From Candidatus Methylomirabilis oxygeniifera (GTDB lineage Bacteria; Methylomirabilota; Methylomirabilia; Methylomirabilales; Methylomirabilaceae), in NCBI GenBank assembly GCA_000091165.1, contig FP565575.1:1020001-1052000 (forward strand): 32,000 nt of DNA, read 5' to 3'. Position numbers and translations under genes: made by a program. Positions 17,720 to 25,507 of the stretch are shown piece by piece (the stretch's first letter is position 1; every line of letters starts with the position of its first letter). The notes under the pieces are model-generated. The model was given only the letters and a program-made list of their open reading frames with translations. It did no database searches and was not told the origin of the DNA.

Positions 17720-17749
17720 TAGACAATGTGTGCTAGCTACTACTATAAT
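17720..17749 (+). promoter_or_regulatory. Sigma70-like promoter for fadL
   Basis: -35 TAGACA (17720-17725), 18-nt spacer, -10 TATAAT (17744-17749). AAGGAG RBS at 17801-17806. Confidence 0.45.
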
Positions 17750-17810
17750 TACCCGCTTTTCTACTGAGTAGAGGGTGATGACACTCCGTACGCTAACATT
17801 AAGGAGCGTG

Positions 17811-19184
17811 ATGAAAAGAAGCCGGTGCGCGTCGACTGCGATGGCAGTTGCGATGTTCGGCCTGACTCAAGCACTGGCTACGGGTACCGCGGTCGCCGGC
17901 GGTTTTTCTCTGTCTGTAGAAAGCGGTGCGGCGGCGGTTGGTAACGCCCAGGCCGGAAGCGCGGCGCTCGGTGAGGACGCATCCACGGTCTTTTTCAATC
18001 CGGCCGGCCTCACCCGTCTCAAGGGCAGCCAGCTTTCAATGGTGGCGTCTGCCGTCGGACCATCGGCTCACTTTTCTAATTCGCGTTCTCATCCCTCCAC
18101 GTCCGCCATTTCCTCTATTCCGCTGACAGGCGGCGACGGCGGCGACGCCGGAAGTTGGGCGATGGTGCCGGCCGGTTATTACGCGACGGATGTCACGTCG
18201 CGTCTCAAGTTCGGGGTTGGGTTCAACGCCCCGTTCGGCCTGAAAACCGAGTATAACGACGACTGGGTCGGGCGCTACCATGCGATCAAATCCGAGCTGA
18301 TGACGATCCGAATGACGCCGGCGTTGGCGCTGAAGGTGGACGATCGGCTCTCGCTGGGCGTCGGGTTTATTGCCGAGTGGGCCAGGGCGGAGCTGACGAA
18401 GGCGATCGATTTCGGCGCAGCGTGCTTCGGCTCGGCATTCGGGCCAGCGGCCTGTACTGCAGCGGGGATCTCGCCTCAGACGAAAGACGGGAGGGCGAAA
18501 CTCGAAGGCGAGGACTGGGGGTTCGGCTATAGCCTGGGTGTGCTGTATCAAGTGATGCCGTCGACGCGCCTGGGGCTGAACTATCGCTCTAAGATCACGC
18601 ACGTCATCAGCGGTACCGCAACCTATTACAACAAACCGGATTTGCCGGGTCCGTTTGCCGCGCTGACCTCTACACCGGCGACGACCAACAACGCCGCCAA
18701 GGCGAGCGTGACGCTTCCGGAAACATTGTCGATCAGCTCGGTCACTCAGATCAGTCCGAAGTGGTCGCTGTTGAGCGATATTATGTGGACCAACTGGAGC
18801 CGCTTTGACGAGCTGCGGGTACGTTTCAGCAACGGTGCGCCGGACAGCGTCACGAAAGAGAATTGGCGGGACACCGTTCGGCTCGCATTGGCCGCCAATT
18901 ATCAGGCGACCGATGCCTGGAAGCTGCGAGTCGGCTGGGCCTACGACCCAACCCCCGTGAAGGATAAGTTCCGCACCCCGCGCATTCCCGATGAGGATCG
19001 CGTGTGGCTCTCGTTTGGGACGAACGTGAAAATATCCGCAGCAGGCTCCCTGGACTTCGCCTACGCTCACTTGTTCGTGAAGGATGCGTCGATCAAAGAC
19101 ACAGTGAGCGGGGCGGGAACCTTGCGGGGCAGCTACAATAATGATGTCAACGTGATTACGGCTCAGTTGAACTACAGATTTTAA
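17811..19184 (+). CDS. fadL: Outer-membrane long-chain fatty acid / hydrophobic compound channel (FadL/TodX/OmpP1 family)
   Basis: Signal peptide MKRSRCASTAMAVAMFGLTQALATGTAVA. N-terminal hatch motif GNAQAGSAALGEDASTVFFNPAGL. Beta-barrel pattern and C-terminal aromatic LNYRF. Confidence 0.85.
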   Translation: MKRSRCASTAMAVAMFGLTQALATGTAVAGGFSLSVESGAAAVGNAQAGSAALGEDASTVFFNPAGLTRLKGSQLSMVASAVGPSAHFSNSRSHPSTSAISSIPLTGGDGGDAGSWAMVPAGYYATDVTSRLKFGVGFNAPFGLKTEYNDDWVGRYHAIKSELMTIRMTPALALKVDDRLSLGVGFIAEWARAELTKAIDFGAACFGSAFGPAACTAAGISPQTKDGRAKLEGEDWGFGYSLGVLYQVMPSTRLGLNYRSKITHVISGTATYYNKPDLPGPFAALTSTPATTNNAAKASVTLPETLSISSVTQISPKWSLLSDIMWTNWSRFDELRVRFSNGAPDSVTKENWRDTVRLALAANYQATDAWKLRVGWAYDPTPVKDKFRTPRIPDEDRVWLSFGTNVKISAAGSLDFAYAHLFVKDASIKDTVSGAGTLRGSYNNDVNVITAQLNYRF

Positions 19185-19648
19185 TGGATCTGCTCCGCCA
19201 GGTAGTTCTCATACCCCAGCTCGCTGATCTTATGGAGTTGCGTCTCAATCCAACCGGCATGATGTTCTTCATCGACAGTGATACGCGCCAGCAGTTCCCG
19301 GCTCCCGGTATCTTGAAGCTCGCTACATAACGTTATGCCGGGATTGAGAATCTGGAGCGCCGCCTTTTCCAATGCGAGGTCGTTCTCCAACTGCTCCCGG
19401 ACGTTGCTGCCGATAGAAATCCGATCATAGCTTGATAGATTGGGCCGCCCGCCAAGAAACAGGATACGTTCGATGATTTTATCGGCATGTTTCATCTCTT
19501 CGATCGACTCTTCGAGGAGTACCTTGGCCAAGGGTTGATAACCCCAACCGTCACACATTTTGGAGTGCAGAAAATACTGATTGATCCCTGTCAGTTCCAT
19601 TCGGAGCACGCTATTCAACAGCTCGATGATCTGCTGGTGTCCCTGCAT
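19181..19648 (-). CDS. bfr: Bacterioferritin
   Basis: MQGHQQIIELLNSVLRMELTGINQYFLH, with di-iron ligands (E..H) and heme Met in EEMKHADK. 155 aa. GAGGAG RBS. The stop overlaps the fadL stop (convergent, 4 nt). Confidence 0.9.
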   Translation of the reverse strand: MQGHQQIIELLNSVLRMELTGINQYFLHSKMCDGWGYQPLAKVLLEESIEEMKHADKIIERILFLGGRPNLSSYDRISIGSNVREQLENDLALEKAALQILNPGITLCSELQDTGSRELLARITVDEEHHAGWIETQLHKISELGYENYLAEQIH

Positions 19649-19714
19649 GTCATCTCCTCGTCGGCTTGGTCAGCACGTGATAGTGTCCGCATGATAGGTT
19701 GGGTGTGAGGCGGC

Positions 19715-21433
19715 TCAGATACTCTTCAAGAAGTCTCGCGCTTCCTCGTAGACAGGATCGATCTCCAGAGCTCTTCGCGCGCAATGAACCGCTCCGCTGC
19801 TGTCGCCCAATCCTCTCAGACAGACGGCCTTATGAAGCCACGCCTCCTTATAATTGCTATCGTAGCGGAGCGCCTCATTGAGGCAGTTAATGGCAGCGGA
19901 GTACCGTTTCTGGCTGGAGAGGCAGGTACCCTTACAGTGCCATGCCTCCAGGAGTTTGCTCGGATCCTTCAAATCCTTAATGGCGCGCTCGAACAGCTCG
20001 ATGGCGTAGTCGAACTCCTGTATGTGCATCAAGGCCTTTGCGTTGCTCAACAGGGCGTCGCTGTTGATTGAGTGTGAAGGGCCGAGCCCCCTCTGAACAG
20101 CGGTTCCGGTGGCAGACGGTACGGCGAGTGTCAGATACGATTCACCTTTCATAGAGAAAAATTGTTCGTCAGCGCTTGCAGCCTTGGCCGTAATCCGATA
20201 CAGGTGACCTCGTATCCCTTTATGGCGGAGCATCTCATCGAATCGGCTGTCCTGTACGTCGCTTGTGTATCGGATAAGCAGGTTGGAGTAGAGCTTGCTG
20301 AGGTGTTGATTGCGGAGTCGCTCCTTGTCGAGACCGGGCGTGGGGCTCTGTTCCAGCTCCTCCGAGGCAGAGATAAACTCATCGGTTGGTGCAAATAGGG
20401 CGTACGAAAGGGCTGCGGGAGAGACCGCCAGGAACCGTGGAATCCATGAGCGCTCCTCCTCGGACAGCTTCAGGTGAAAGCGTCCCTCCACATAGGGGCG
20501 TAAACCGGCAACCAGCGCTTGGACTGCAAAGTTGGAGCGAAGGAACTTGAACCGGTGAGCGCCGTCGAGAAACTGGCGAGCAAGGCTGAGGAAGACATGA
20601 AATTCCGGCTTGATGGAGTAGCGATTACGCCGCCACCGCGGATGACCCGCCGGCTCTGCGATCAGGAACCCTTCATCGAAAAGCTCCTGCATGACATCTC
20701 GAAGTTCATCCAAGGGCTCCTTCGTCTCCCGCGATAGAAACTCAATATCTTTCTGACCGGACTCTGCCAAGGTGAGGAGGATCTTTTCCATGGCCTGCAA
20801 GTTCAACAGGCGCTTACCCTTTAAGGAGCTATCCAGCCGCTTAAGGGACAAGGCAACACGAGGCGAGACCGGCGATCCATAGGCGTCGAGAATCGCATAG
20901 GCCGCTCCCCTTTTGGTCTCGATGCGGAATATCCAGTAGAACCGTCCCGACGTTACGACCAGGTTTCCCGAATCATGCCGCGCCATGATCCGATTCTCGA
21001 TCGCGTGGGCGATTTGATCGGGCGACGCGATCAGCTTTGCGCGCCGAAGCAGGGCACATATCTTGTCAACTCCAAACAGGTGATAGTCGCCCCTGGCTGG
21101 AGCATCTAAGCGCAAAAACCAGTTTCGGGCGGTTGGATGGAAACCGCTTACAGAGAAGAAGATGCCGGCAAGATCCTTATCGCGACGACGCGCCTGCACG
21201 TAACGCCTATAGACTCCCTGTAGTTCCCGTGGGCGAATCTCATGAGCGATGGTGCACCCATAGCAATGCAGGCGTTGAGCCGTGGAACGATGCCGAGCGT
21301 TCAGGGCAGTGGCGAGACGAGTCGAGGAAAGCGTAGGGTGAAAATCGGTGTAGCCGAGTTCGTCGATGAGGTCTTCTATGAGTTGCGCCAGGACGAGCGT
21401 CTTCTCTTTATTCGATCCAGCCAGGATCTTCAT
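19715..21433 (-). CDS. Orphan multidomain protein: degenerate restriction-endonuclease-like N-terminus, winged-helix-like middle, C-terminal TPR repeats
   Basis: ATG 21433 has GAGG 8 nt upstream. The track uses TTG 21496. C-terminal TPRs: AWHCKGTCLSSQKRYSAAINCLNEALRYDSNYKEAWLHKAVCLRGLGDSSGAVHCARRALEIDP. Spot GC counts are 50-55% against 60-70% in neighbouring genes. Confidence 0.6.
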   Translation of the reverse strand: MKILAGSNKEKTLVLAQLIEDLIDELGYTDFHPTLSSTRLATALNARHRSTAQRLHCYGCTIAHEIRPRELQGVYRRYVQARRRDKDLAGIFFSVSGFHPTARNWFLRLDAPARGDYHLFGVDKICALLRRAKLIASPDQIAHAIENRIMARHDSGNLVVTSGRFYWIFRIETKRGAAYAILDAYGSPVSPRVALSLKRLDSSLKGKRLLNLQAMEKILLTLAESGQKDIEFLSRETKEPLDELRDVMQELFDEGFLIAEPAGHPRWRRNRYSIKPEFHVFLSLARQFLDGAHRFKFLRSNFAVQALVAGLRPYVEGRFHLKLSEEERSWIPRFLAVSPAALSYALFAPTDEFISASEELEQSPTPGLDKERLRNQHLSKLYSNLLIRYTSDVQDSRFDEMLRHKGIRGHLYRITAKAASADEQFFSMKGESYLTLAVPSATGTAVQRGLGPSHSINSDALLSNAKALMHIQEFDYAIELFERAIKDLKDPSKLLEAWHCKGTCLSSQKRYSAAINCLNEALRYDSNYKEAWLHKAVCLRGLGDSSGAVHCARRALEIDPVYEEARDFLKSI

Positions 21434-21616
21434 GCCGATAGCCTCAGTCGCCGACTTCGCTATGGTCCTTGGCTGTTTTGACGCCACCCTTGACAATCCT
21501 CCCCATAGAACGGATTTTCAACGTGCAAGCTTTTGTTATTTTTTTAGCATAAGGGGCCTCAAAGGTCAAGCCGGAAGTCGTTTTCTTGGTAAATACTAGC
21601 TTAGAATCGTCTTAGA

Positions 21617-21646
21617 TTGACAATTTCGGAGAGATCATGGTATGAG
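21617..21646 (+). promoter_or_regulatory. Candidate sigma70 promoter for moaDE inside the AT-rich divergent spacer
   Basis: -35 TTGACA (21617-21622), 18-nt spacer, -10 TATGAG (21641-21646). Direct repeat CTTAGA at 21600 and 21611 (11-bp phasing) abuts the -35. Confidence 0.35.
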
Positions 21647-21729
21647 TAAAGTAGCGTAGAAAGAAGAATAATGACTAGAATCTACATGATATATAGCCTG
21701 TAACTTAATAGAACATATGTGATAATACG

Positions 21730-21984
21730 ATGAATATCCGAGTGCGATGTTTTGCGGCGGTTCGTGAGATTGTCGGGGTTGGTGAGCTGGTTGTTGAGTT
21801 GCCGGAGGGCAGTACGCTAGATCAGCTCATACACCAGCTTCAGTCTCAGTTCCCCAAGTTGCAGGCGCTGACCGGATCACTCCTGTTTTCGGTGAATCGG
21901 GAGTATGCGTCTGCCGATACAAGGTTGGCAGCGGGTGATGAAGTTGCACTCATCCCCCCTGTGAGTGGAGGAACCGATGTTTGA
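21730..21984 (+). CDS. moaD: Molybdopterin synthase sulfur-carrier subunit (MoaD/ThiS ubiquitin-like fold) with 3-aa extension after GG
   Basis: 84 aa. ...GDEVALIPPVSGG-TDV. Immediately followed by, and overlapping, moaE. Confidence 0.8.
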   Translation: MNIRVRCFAAVREIVGVGELVVELPEGSTLDQLIHQLQSQFPKLQALTGSLLFSVNREYASADTRLAAGDEVALIPPVSGGTDV

Positions 21985-22399
21985 AATTACTGATCAGCCG
22001 CTCTCGCTCGAGCCGCTTGTGACGACTGTAAAACGGTCGAGCTCTGGAGCCATCGCAACCTTCCTGGGTGTGGTGCGTGAGCAGACGCAGGGCCGACAGG
22101 TCCGCTACTTAGAGTACGAAGCCTACCGGGAGATGGCGATTCCGAAGATGCGCGAGATTGCCGATGAGATTCGTCGGAAGTGGGAGATAGACGAGGTCGC
22201 GATGGTGCATCGAGTCGGCCGTCTGCAGATCGGAGAGGCAAGTGTAGCGATTGCCGTGTCGGCACCTCACCGTCACGCGGCGCTCACCGCCTGCGCCTAT
22301 GCGATCGACCGTCTCAAAGAGGTTGTGCCGATCTGGAAAAAGGAGGTCTGGACGGATGGTGAGGAATGGGCCGGTCCAGGCATCTGCGACCACCACTGA
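21977..22399 (+). CDS. moaE: Molybdopterin synthase catalytic subunit
   Basis: GAIATFLGVVRE, VHRVGRLQIGEASVAIAVSAPHR, VPIWKKE. ATG 21977 has GGAGG at 21967-21971. The track start GTG 21965 is an alternative. Confidence 0.88.
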   Translation: MFEITDQPLSLEPLVTTVKRSSSGAIATFLGVVREQTQGRQVRYLEYEAYREMAIPKMREIADEIRRKWEIDEVAMVHRVGRLQIGEASVAIAVSAPHRHAALTACAYAIDRLKEVVPIWKKEVWTDGEEWAGPGICDHH

Positions 22400-22407
22400 T
22401 TGTCCAC

Positions 22408-24198
22408 TCAGGCCTGATAGCCCTCAGCGTCGATGATGCGTCTGGCGATGGCCCTCCGAAGGTGGGTGGTGTTGACAGGTGTGTAACGGGTCAACTTCCT
22501 CAGGGCGCTAAGCTGAGTCCAGAGGGTATCTCCCTCCTCCATCGCGGCCAGGCCCTCCTTGGCCAGCAGTTCGATCCTGGCGAAGGCGTCATTGATGTAA
22601 ACCTTGGCTATATCGGATTGTGATTCCGCTGCGCCTTTCCCATCCCGCTCGACCGACTTCAGAGCCCGGAGCAGCGCGCTCTCCATAGCAAATAACTCGA
22701 TCGTTAGATCACTCAGTATCCCCAGAATCTCCTGCTCATCCTGAAGATGCTCACGAAACTTCTGAACTGCCGATCCGGCGACCATCAGCGCGATCTTCTT
22801 TGCTGATTCGAGTAGCCGAATCTGCTCGTGAAGCGGATCGCCATACCCCTCTTCCTGGCTGCTGCTATAGCTGAGCAGGTCGGTCACCAACTTCTGGGCC
22901 GCCGTAAAGAGCGGCAGGCGCCCCTGCAACGCTCTCCGGAAGAGCGTCGTCGGGATCAACAACCGGTTGATCTCGTTGGTCCCCTCGAAGAGTCGGTTGA
23001 TTCTCGCGTCCCGATAGATCCGTTCGGCCGGAAAGTCTGCGATGTACCCGTAGCCACCGAAGATCTGGACGGTTTCGTCAGCCACGTAGTCTAAGGCCTC
23101 AGAGGCGTAGACCTTGTTGATGGAGCACTCAACGGCGTACTCTTCAACCCCCTTGGCGGTATCGAGTCCGGCCCGTTCGCTCTCCTGGTCGATGCCTGAT
23201 AGGTTCCGTTCGATCAGGCCGGCAGTGCGATAGATCATCGATTCGGCGACATAGGTCCGAATTGTCATCTCCGCGAGCTTTTTCTGAATAAGGCCGAAAG
23301 AGGCGATCGGTTGCCCGAATTGTGTGCGCTGCTTCGCATACCGGACGGCTTCGCGCAGGGCCAGCTTGCACAGACCCAGACAGCCCGCTCCGAGCTTGAG
23401 CCGGCCGATGTTCAACAGGTCGAAGGCGACCTTGTGGCCTCTGCCGATCTCGTAGAGGAGGTTATCCGCCGGGACCCTTGCATTCTCGAGGATGACGCTC
23501 CTGGTGGAGGTCCCCTTGATGCCCATCTTTTTCTCTTCCGGTCCCAAGGCGACACCCGGCGTATCCTTGTCGATGATAAAGGCGGTAAACTTATCGCCGT
23601 TTACCTTGGCGTAGGTAATGTACAGATCGGCAAAGGCGGCGTTCGTGATGAACTGTTTTGTGCCATTTAAGATATATGCGGTCCCATCAGGCGACAGAAC
23701 CGCCCTGGTTTTGGCGCTGAGGGCATCAGAGCCCGAGCCCGGCTCTGTAAGGGCGTAGGAACCGACCTTTGCCCCGGTAGCAAGCAAGGGGAGATAGCGG
23801 GCCTTCTGCTCGGCATTGCCGAACCACGCGATTGGGAGCGACCCTATCCCCGAGTGATCCAACAGCGAGATGGCAAAAGAGCCGCCCTCACTCATTTGCT
23901 CGGCGATGACCGTGGAGGTAATCAGATCCAGCCCCAGGCCGCCGTACGTGGTCGGGATGTCTACCGACAACAGCCCCAACTCTCCCGCTTTCCTCATGAG
24001 CGTCAGCGTGACGTCCCAGTCCTGGTGCTCGATCCGCTCAGCCTGAGGTGTGATCTCGGCCTCGATGAATTCCTGAGTCAGCTTTCGCATCATCTGTTGT
24101 TCCTCGCTCAGATCTTCAGGCGTAAAGATCTCATGAGCCGGTGTGTCCCGGATGAGAAAGCTGCCGCCCGCCACAAATTCATCCTTTGCCGTCGTCAT
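22408..24198 (-). CDS. fadE: Acyl-CoA dehydrogenase, long form with C-terminal helical extension (FadE/VLCAD-like)
   Basis: [45 protein letters not shown]. 596 aa. The ATG overlaps the fadA stop (ATGA, 24195-24198). Confidence 0.88.
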   Translation of the reverse strand: MTTAKDEFVAGGSFLIRDTPAHEIFTPEDLSEEQQMMRKLTQEFIEAEITPQAERIEHQDWDVTLTLMRKAGELGLLSVDIPTTYGGLGLDLITSTVIAEQMSEGGSFAISLLDHSGIGSLPIAWFGNAEQKARYLPLLATGAKVGSYALTEPGSGSDALSAKTRAVLSPDGTAYILNGTKQFITNAAFADLYITYAKVNGDKFTAFIIDKDTPGVALGPEEKKMGIKGTSTRSVILENARVPADNLLYEIGRGHKVAFDLLNIGRLKLGAGCLGLCKLALREAVRYAKQRTQFGQPIASFGLIQKKLAEMTIRTYVAESMIYRTAGLIERNLSGIDQESERAGLDTAKGVEEYAVECSINKVYASEALDYVADETVQIFGGYGYIADFPAERIYRDARINRLFEGTNEINRLLIPTTLFRRALQGRLPLFTAAQKLVTDLLSYSSSQEEGYGDPLHEQIRLLESAKKIALMVAGSAVQKFREHLQDEQEILGILSDLTIELFAMESALLRALKSVERDGKGAAESQSDIAKVYINDAFARIELLAKEGLAAMEEGDTLWTQLSALRKLTRYTPVNTTHLRRAIARRIIDAEGYQA

Positions 24199-25385
24199 CT
24201 GGTTACCCTCTCAAAGATACCCGCAGCGCCCATCCCTCCGCCGATGCACATCGTGACCATCCCGTAGCGGGCTTGTCGTCGCTGCATCTCATGCAGCAGT
24301 GTCGCCGTCAGTTTCGCGCCGCTGCAGCCGAGGGGATGACCCAGGGCGATCGCGCCGCCGTTGACGTTCACTCGCTCAAGGGGCAGTCCCAGCTTGCGAA
24401 TGACGGCAAGCGCCTGGGCGGCAAACGCCTCGTTCAACTCGATCAGGTCGATTTGGTCAATGGTAAGGCCCGCGAGCTTGAGCGCCTTCGGAATCGCCTC
24501 GACCGGTCCGATCCCCATCAGATCCGGCGGGACGCCTGCGACGGCGAACGCCCTGAAGATTGCAAGCGGCTTCAGCCCCAACTGTTGTGCCTTTTCTCGT
24601 GATATCACCAGCACCGCAGCCGCACCGTCACTGGTCTGGGAGGAATTGCCGGCGGTGACGGTGCCGTTTTTATGAAAGACGGAAGGAAGCTTGGCCAGCG
24701 CCTCGGCTGAGGTGTCGAATCGAACCCCCTCGTCGCAATCAAAAATTACCTCATCGGTCGCGACGCTCGGCGTACCCTCGCTCCGGAACGTCTTCTTCGT
24801 GACGGTGAGCGGAACGATCTCATCCTTGAATCGTCCTGTTCGAATAGCGGCTGCCGCCTTGAGGTGGCTCTCGAGCGCGAATCTGTCCTGATCTTCCCGG
24901 CTCACCTTGTACGCTTGAACGAGATTTTCGGCGCTGTTGCCCATCGAGATATAGACGGCCGGGTATTGCTCAGCAAGGTACGGATCGGGCGCGTAGGTAT
25001 TTCCGCTCATTGGGACCAGGCTCATGCTTTCGGCCCCACCAGCGATAATCACGTCTGCAAAACCGGCCATGATCCGCTCGGCGGCTATGGCAATGGTCTG
25101 TAGCCCGGACGAGCAGAAGCGGTTAACCGTCTGGCCCGGGACGGTATACGGCAGCCCCGCCCGCAGCGCCGCGACCCTCGCCATATTCATCCCCTGTTCC
25201 GCTTCCGGAAAGGCGCAGCCAATGATCACGTCCTCGATCTCTTCAGGCGCCAGGGCGGGCGTCCGCTTCAGGAGGTCGCCGATTACAGTCGCCGCCATCG
25301 TTACAGGAGGTGTGGCACAGAGGGTACCGCGCGGCGCCTTGCCCACCGCCGTTCTCGCCGCCGCCACAATCACCGCCTCTTTCAT
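24195..25385 (-). CDS. fadA: 3-ketoacyl-CoA thiolase / acetyl-CoA C-acyltransferase
   Basis: [17 protein letters not shown], active-site Cys in [11 protein letters not shown]-terminal [18 protein letters not shown]...CIGGGMG. Confidence 0.92.
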   Translation of the reverse strand: MKEAVIVAAARTAVGKAPRGTLCATPPVTMAATVIGDLLKRTPALAPEEIEDVIIGCAFPEAEQGMNMARVAALRAGLPYTVPGQTVNRFCSSGLQTIAIAAERIMAGFADVIIAGGAESMSLVPMSGNTYAPDPYLAEQYPAVYISMGNSAENLVQAYKVSREDQDRFALESHLKAAAAIRTGRFKDEIVPLTVTKKTFRSEGTPSVATDEVIFDCDEGVRFDTSAEALAKLPSVFHKNGTVTAGNSSQTSDGAAAVLVISREKAQQLGLKPLAIFRAFAVAGVPPDLMGIGPVEAIPKALKLAGLTIDQIDLIELNEAFAAQALAVIRKLGLPLERVNVNGGAIALGHPLGCSGAKLTATLLHEMQRRQARYGMVTMCIGGGMGAAGIFERVTR

Positions 25386-25401
25386 GCCCTCGCTCTCCGC
25401 C

Positions 25402-25494
25402 CGTCATTGCGAGGAGCATAGCGACGAAGCAATCTCTGACCATCGTCCATTTGGATGTAGATTGCTTCGGTCACGTCGTTCCCTCGCAATGACG
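25402..25494. repeat. Inverted pair of REP units (CGTCATTGCGAGG ... GAAGCAATCT) between fadN and fadA
   Basis: CGTCATTGCGAGG 25402-25414 pairs with CCTCGCAATGACG 25482-25494. GAAGCAATCT 25427-25436 pairs with AGATTGCTTC 25460-25469. Confidence 0.85.
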
Positions 25495-25507
25495 TAATTG
25501 CATCACG

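Noticed and set aside
18036-19070. 344-aa ORF antisense to fadL
   Set aside because: Same reasoning. The fadL frame shows the signal peptide, hatch motif and terminal aromatic residue. The antisense product is an Arg-rich artefact.
19181-19184. 4-nt overlap of the convergent fadL and bfr stop codons
   Set aside because: This is a trivial consequence of compact gene packing (TTAA shared by TAA on both strands). It has no evident functional implication beyond the absence of a terminator hairpin.
19649-19714. Possible Fur box upstream of bfr (direct repeat CTATCA-N8-CTATCA on the minus strand)
   Set aside because: It matches the 19-bp GATAATGATAATCATTATC consensus poorly and has no dyad symmetry. 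I cannot support it without a matrix scan.
21647-21729. Moco riboswitch or ModE operator upstream of moaD
   Set aside because: The leader is about 75 nt and very AT-rich, too short and unstructured for the roughly 130-nt GC-paired Moco motif. TACAT/TATAT words at 21683-21697 do not fit the TATAT-N7-TAYAT spacing.
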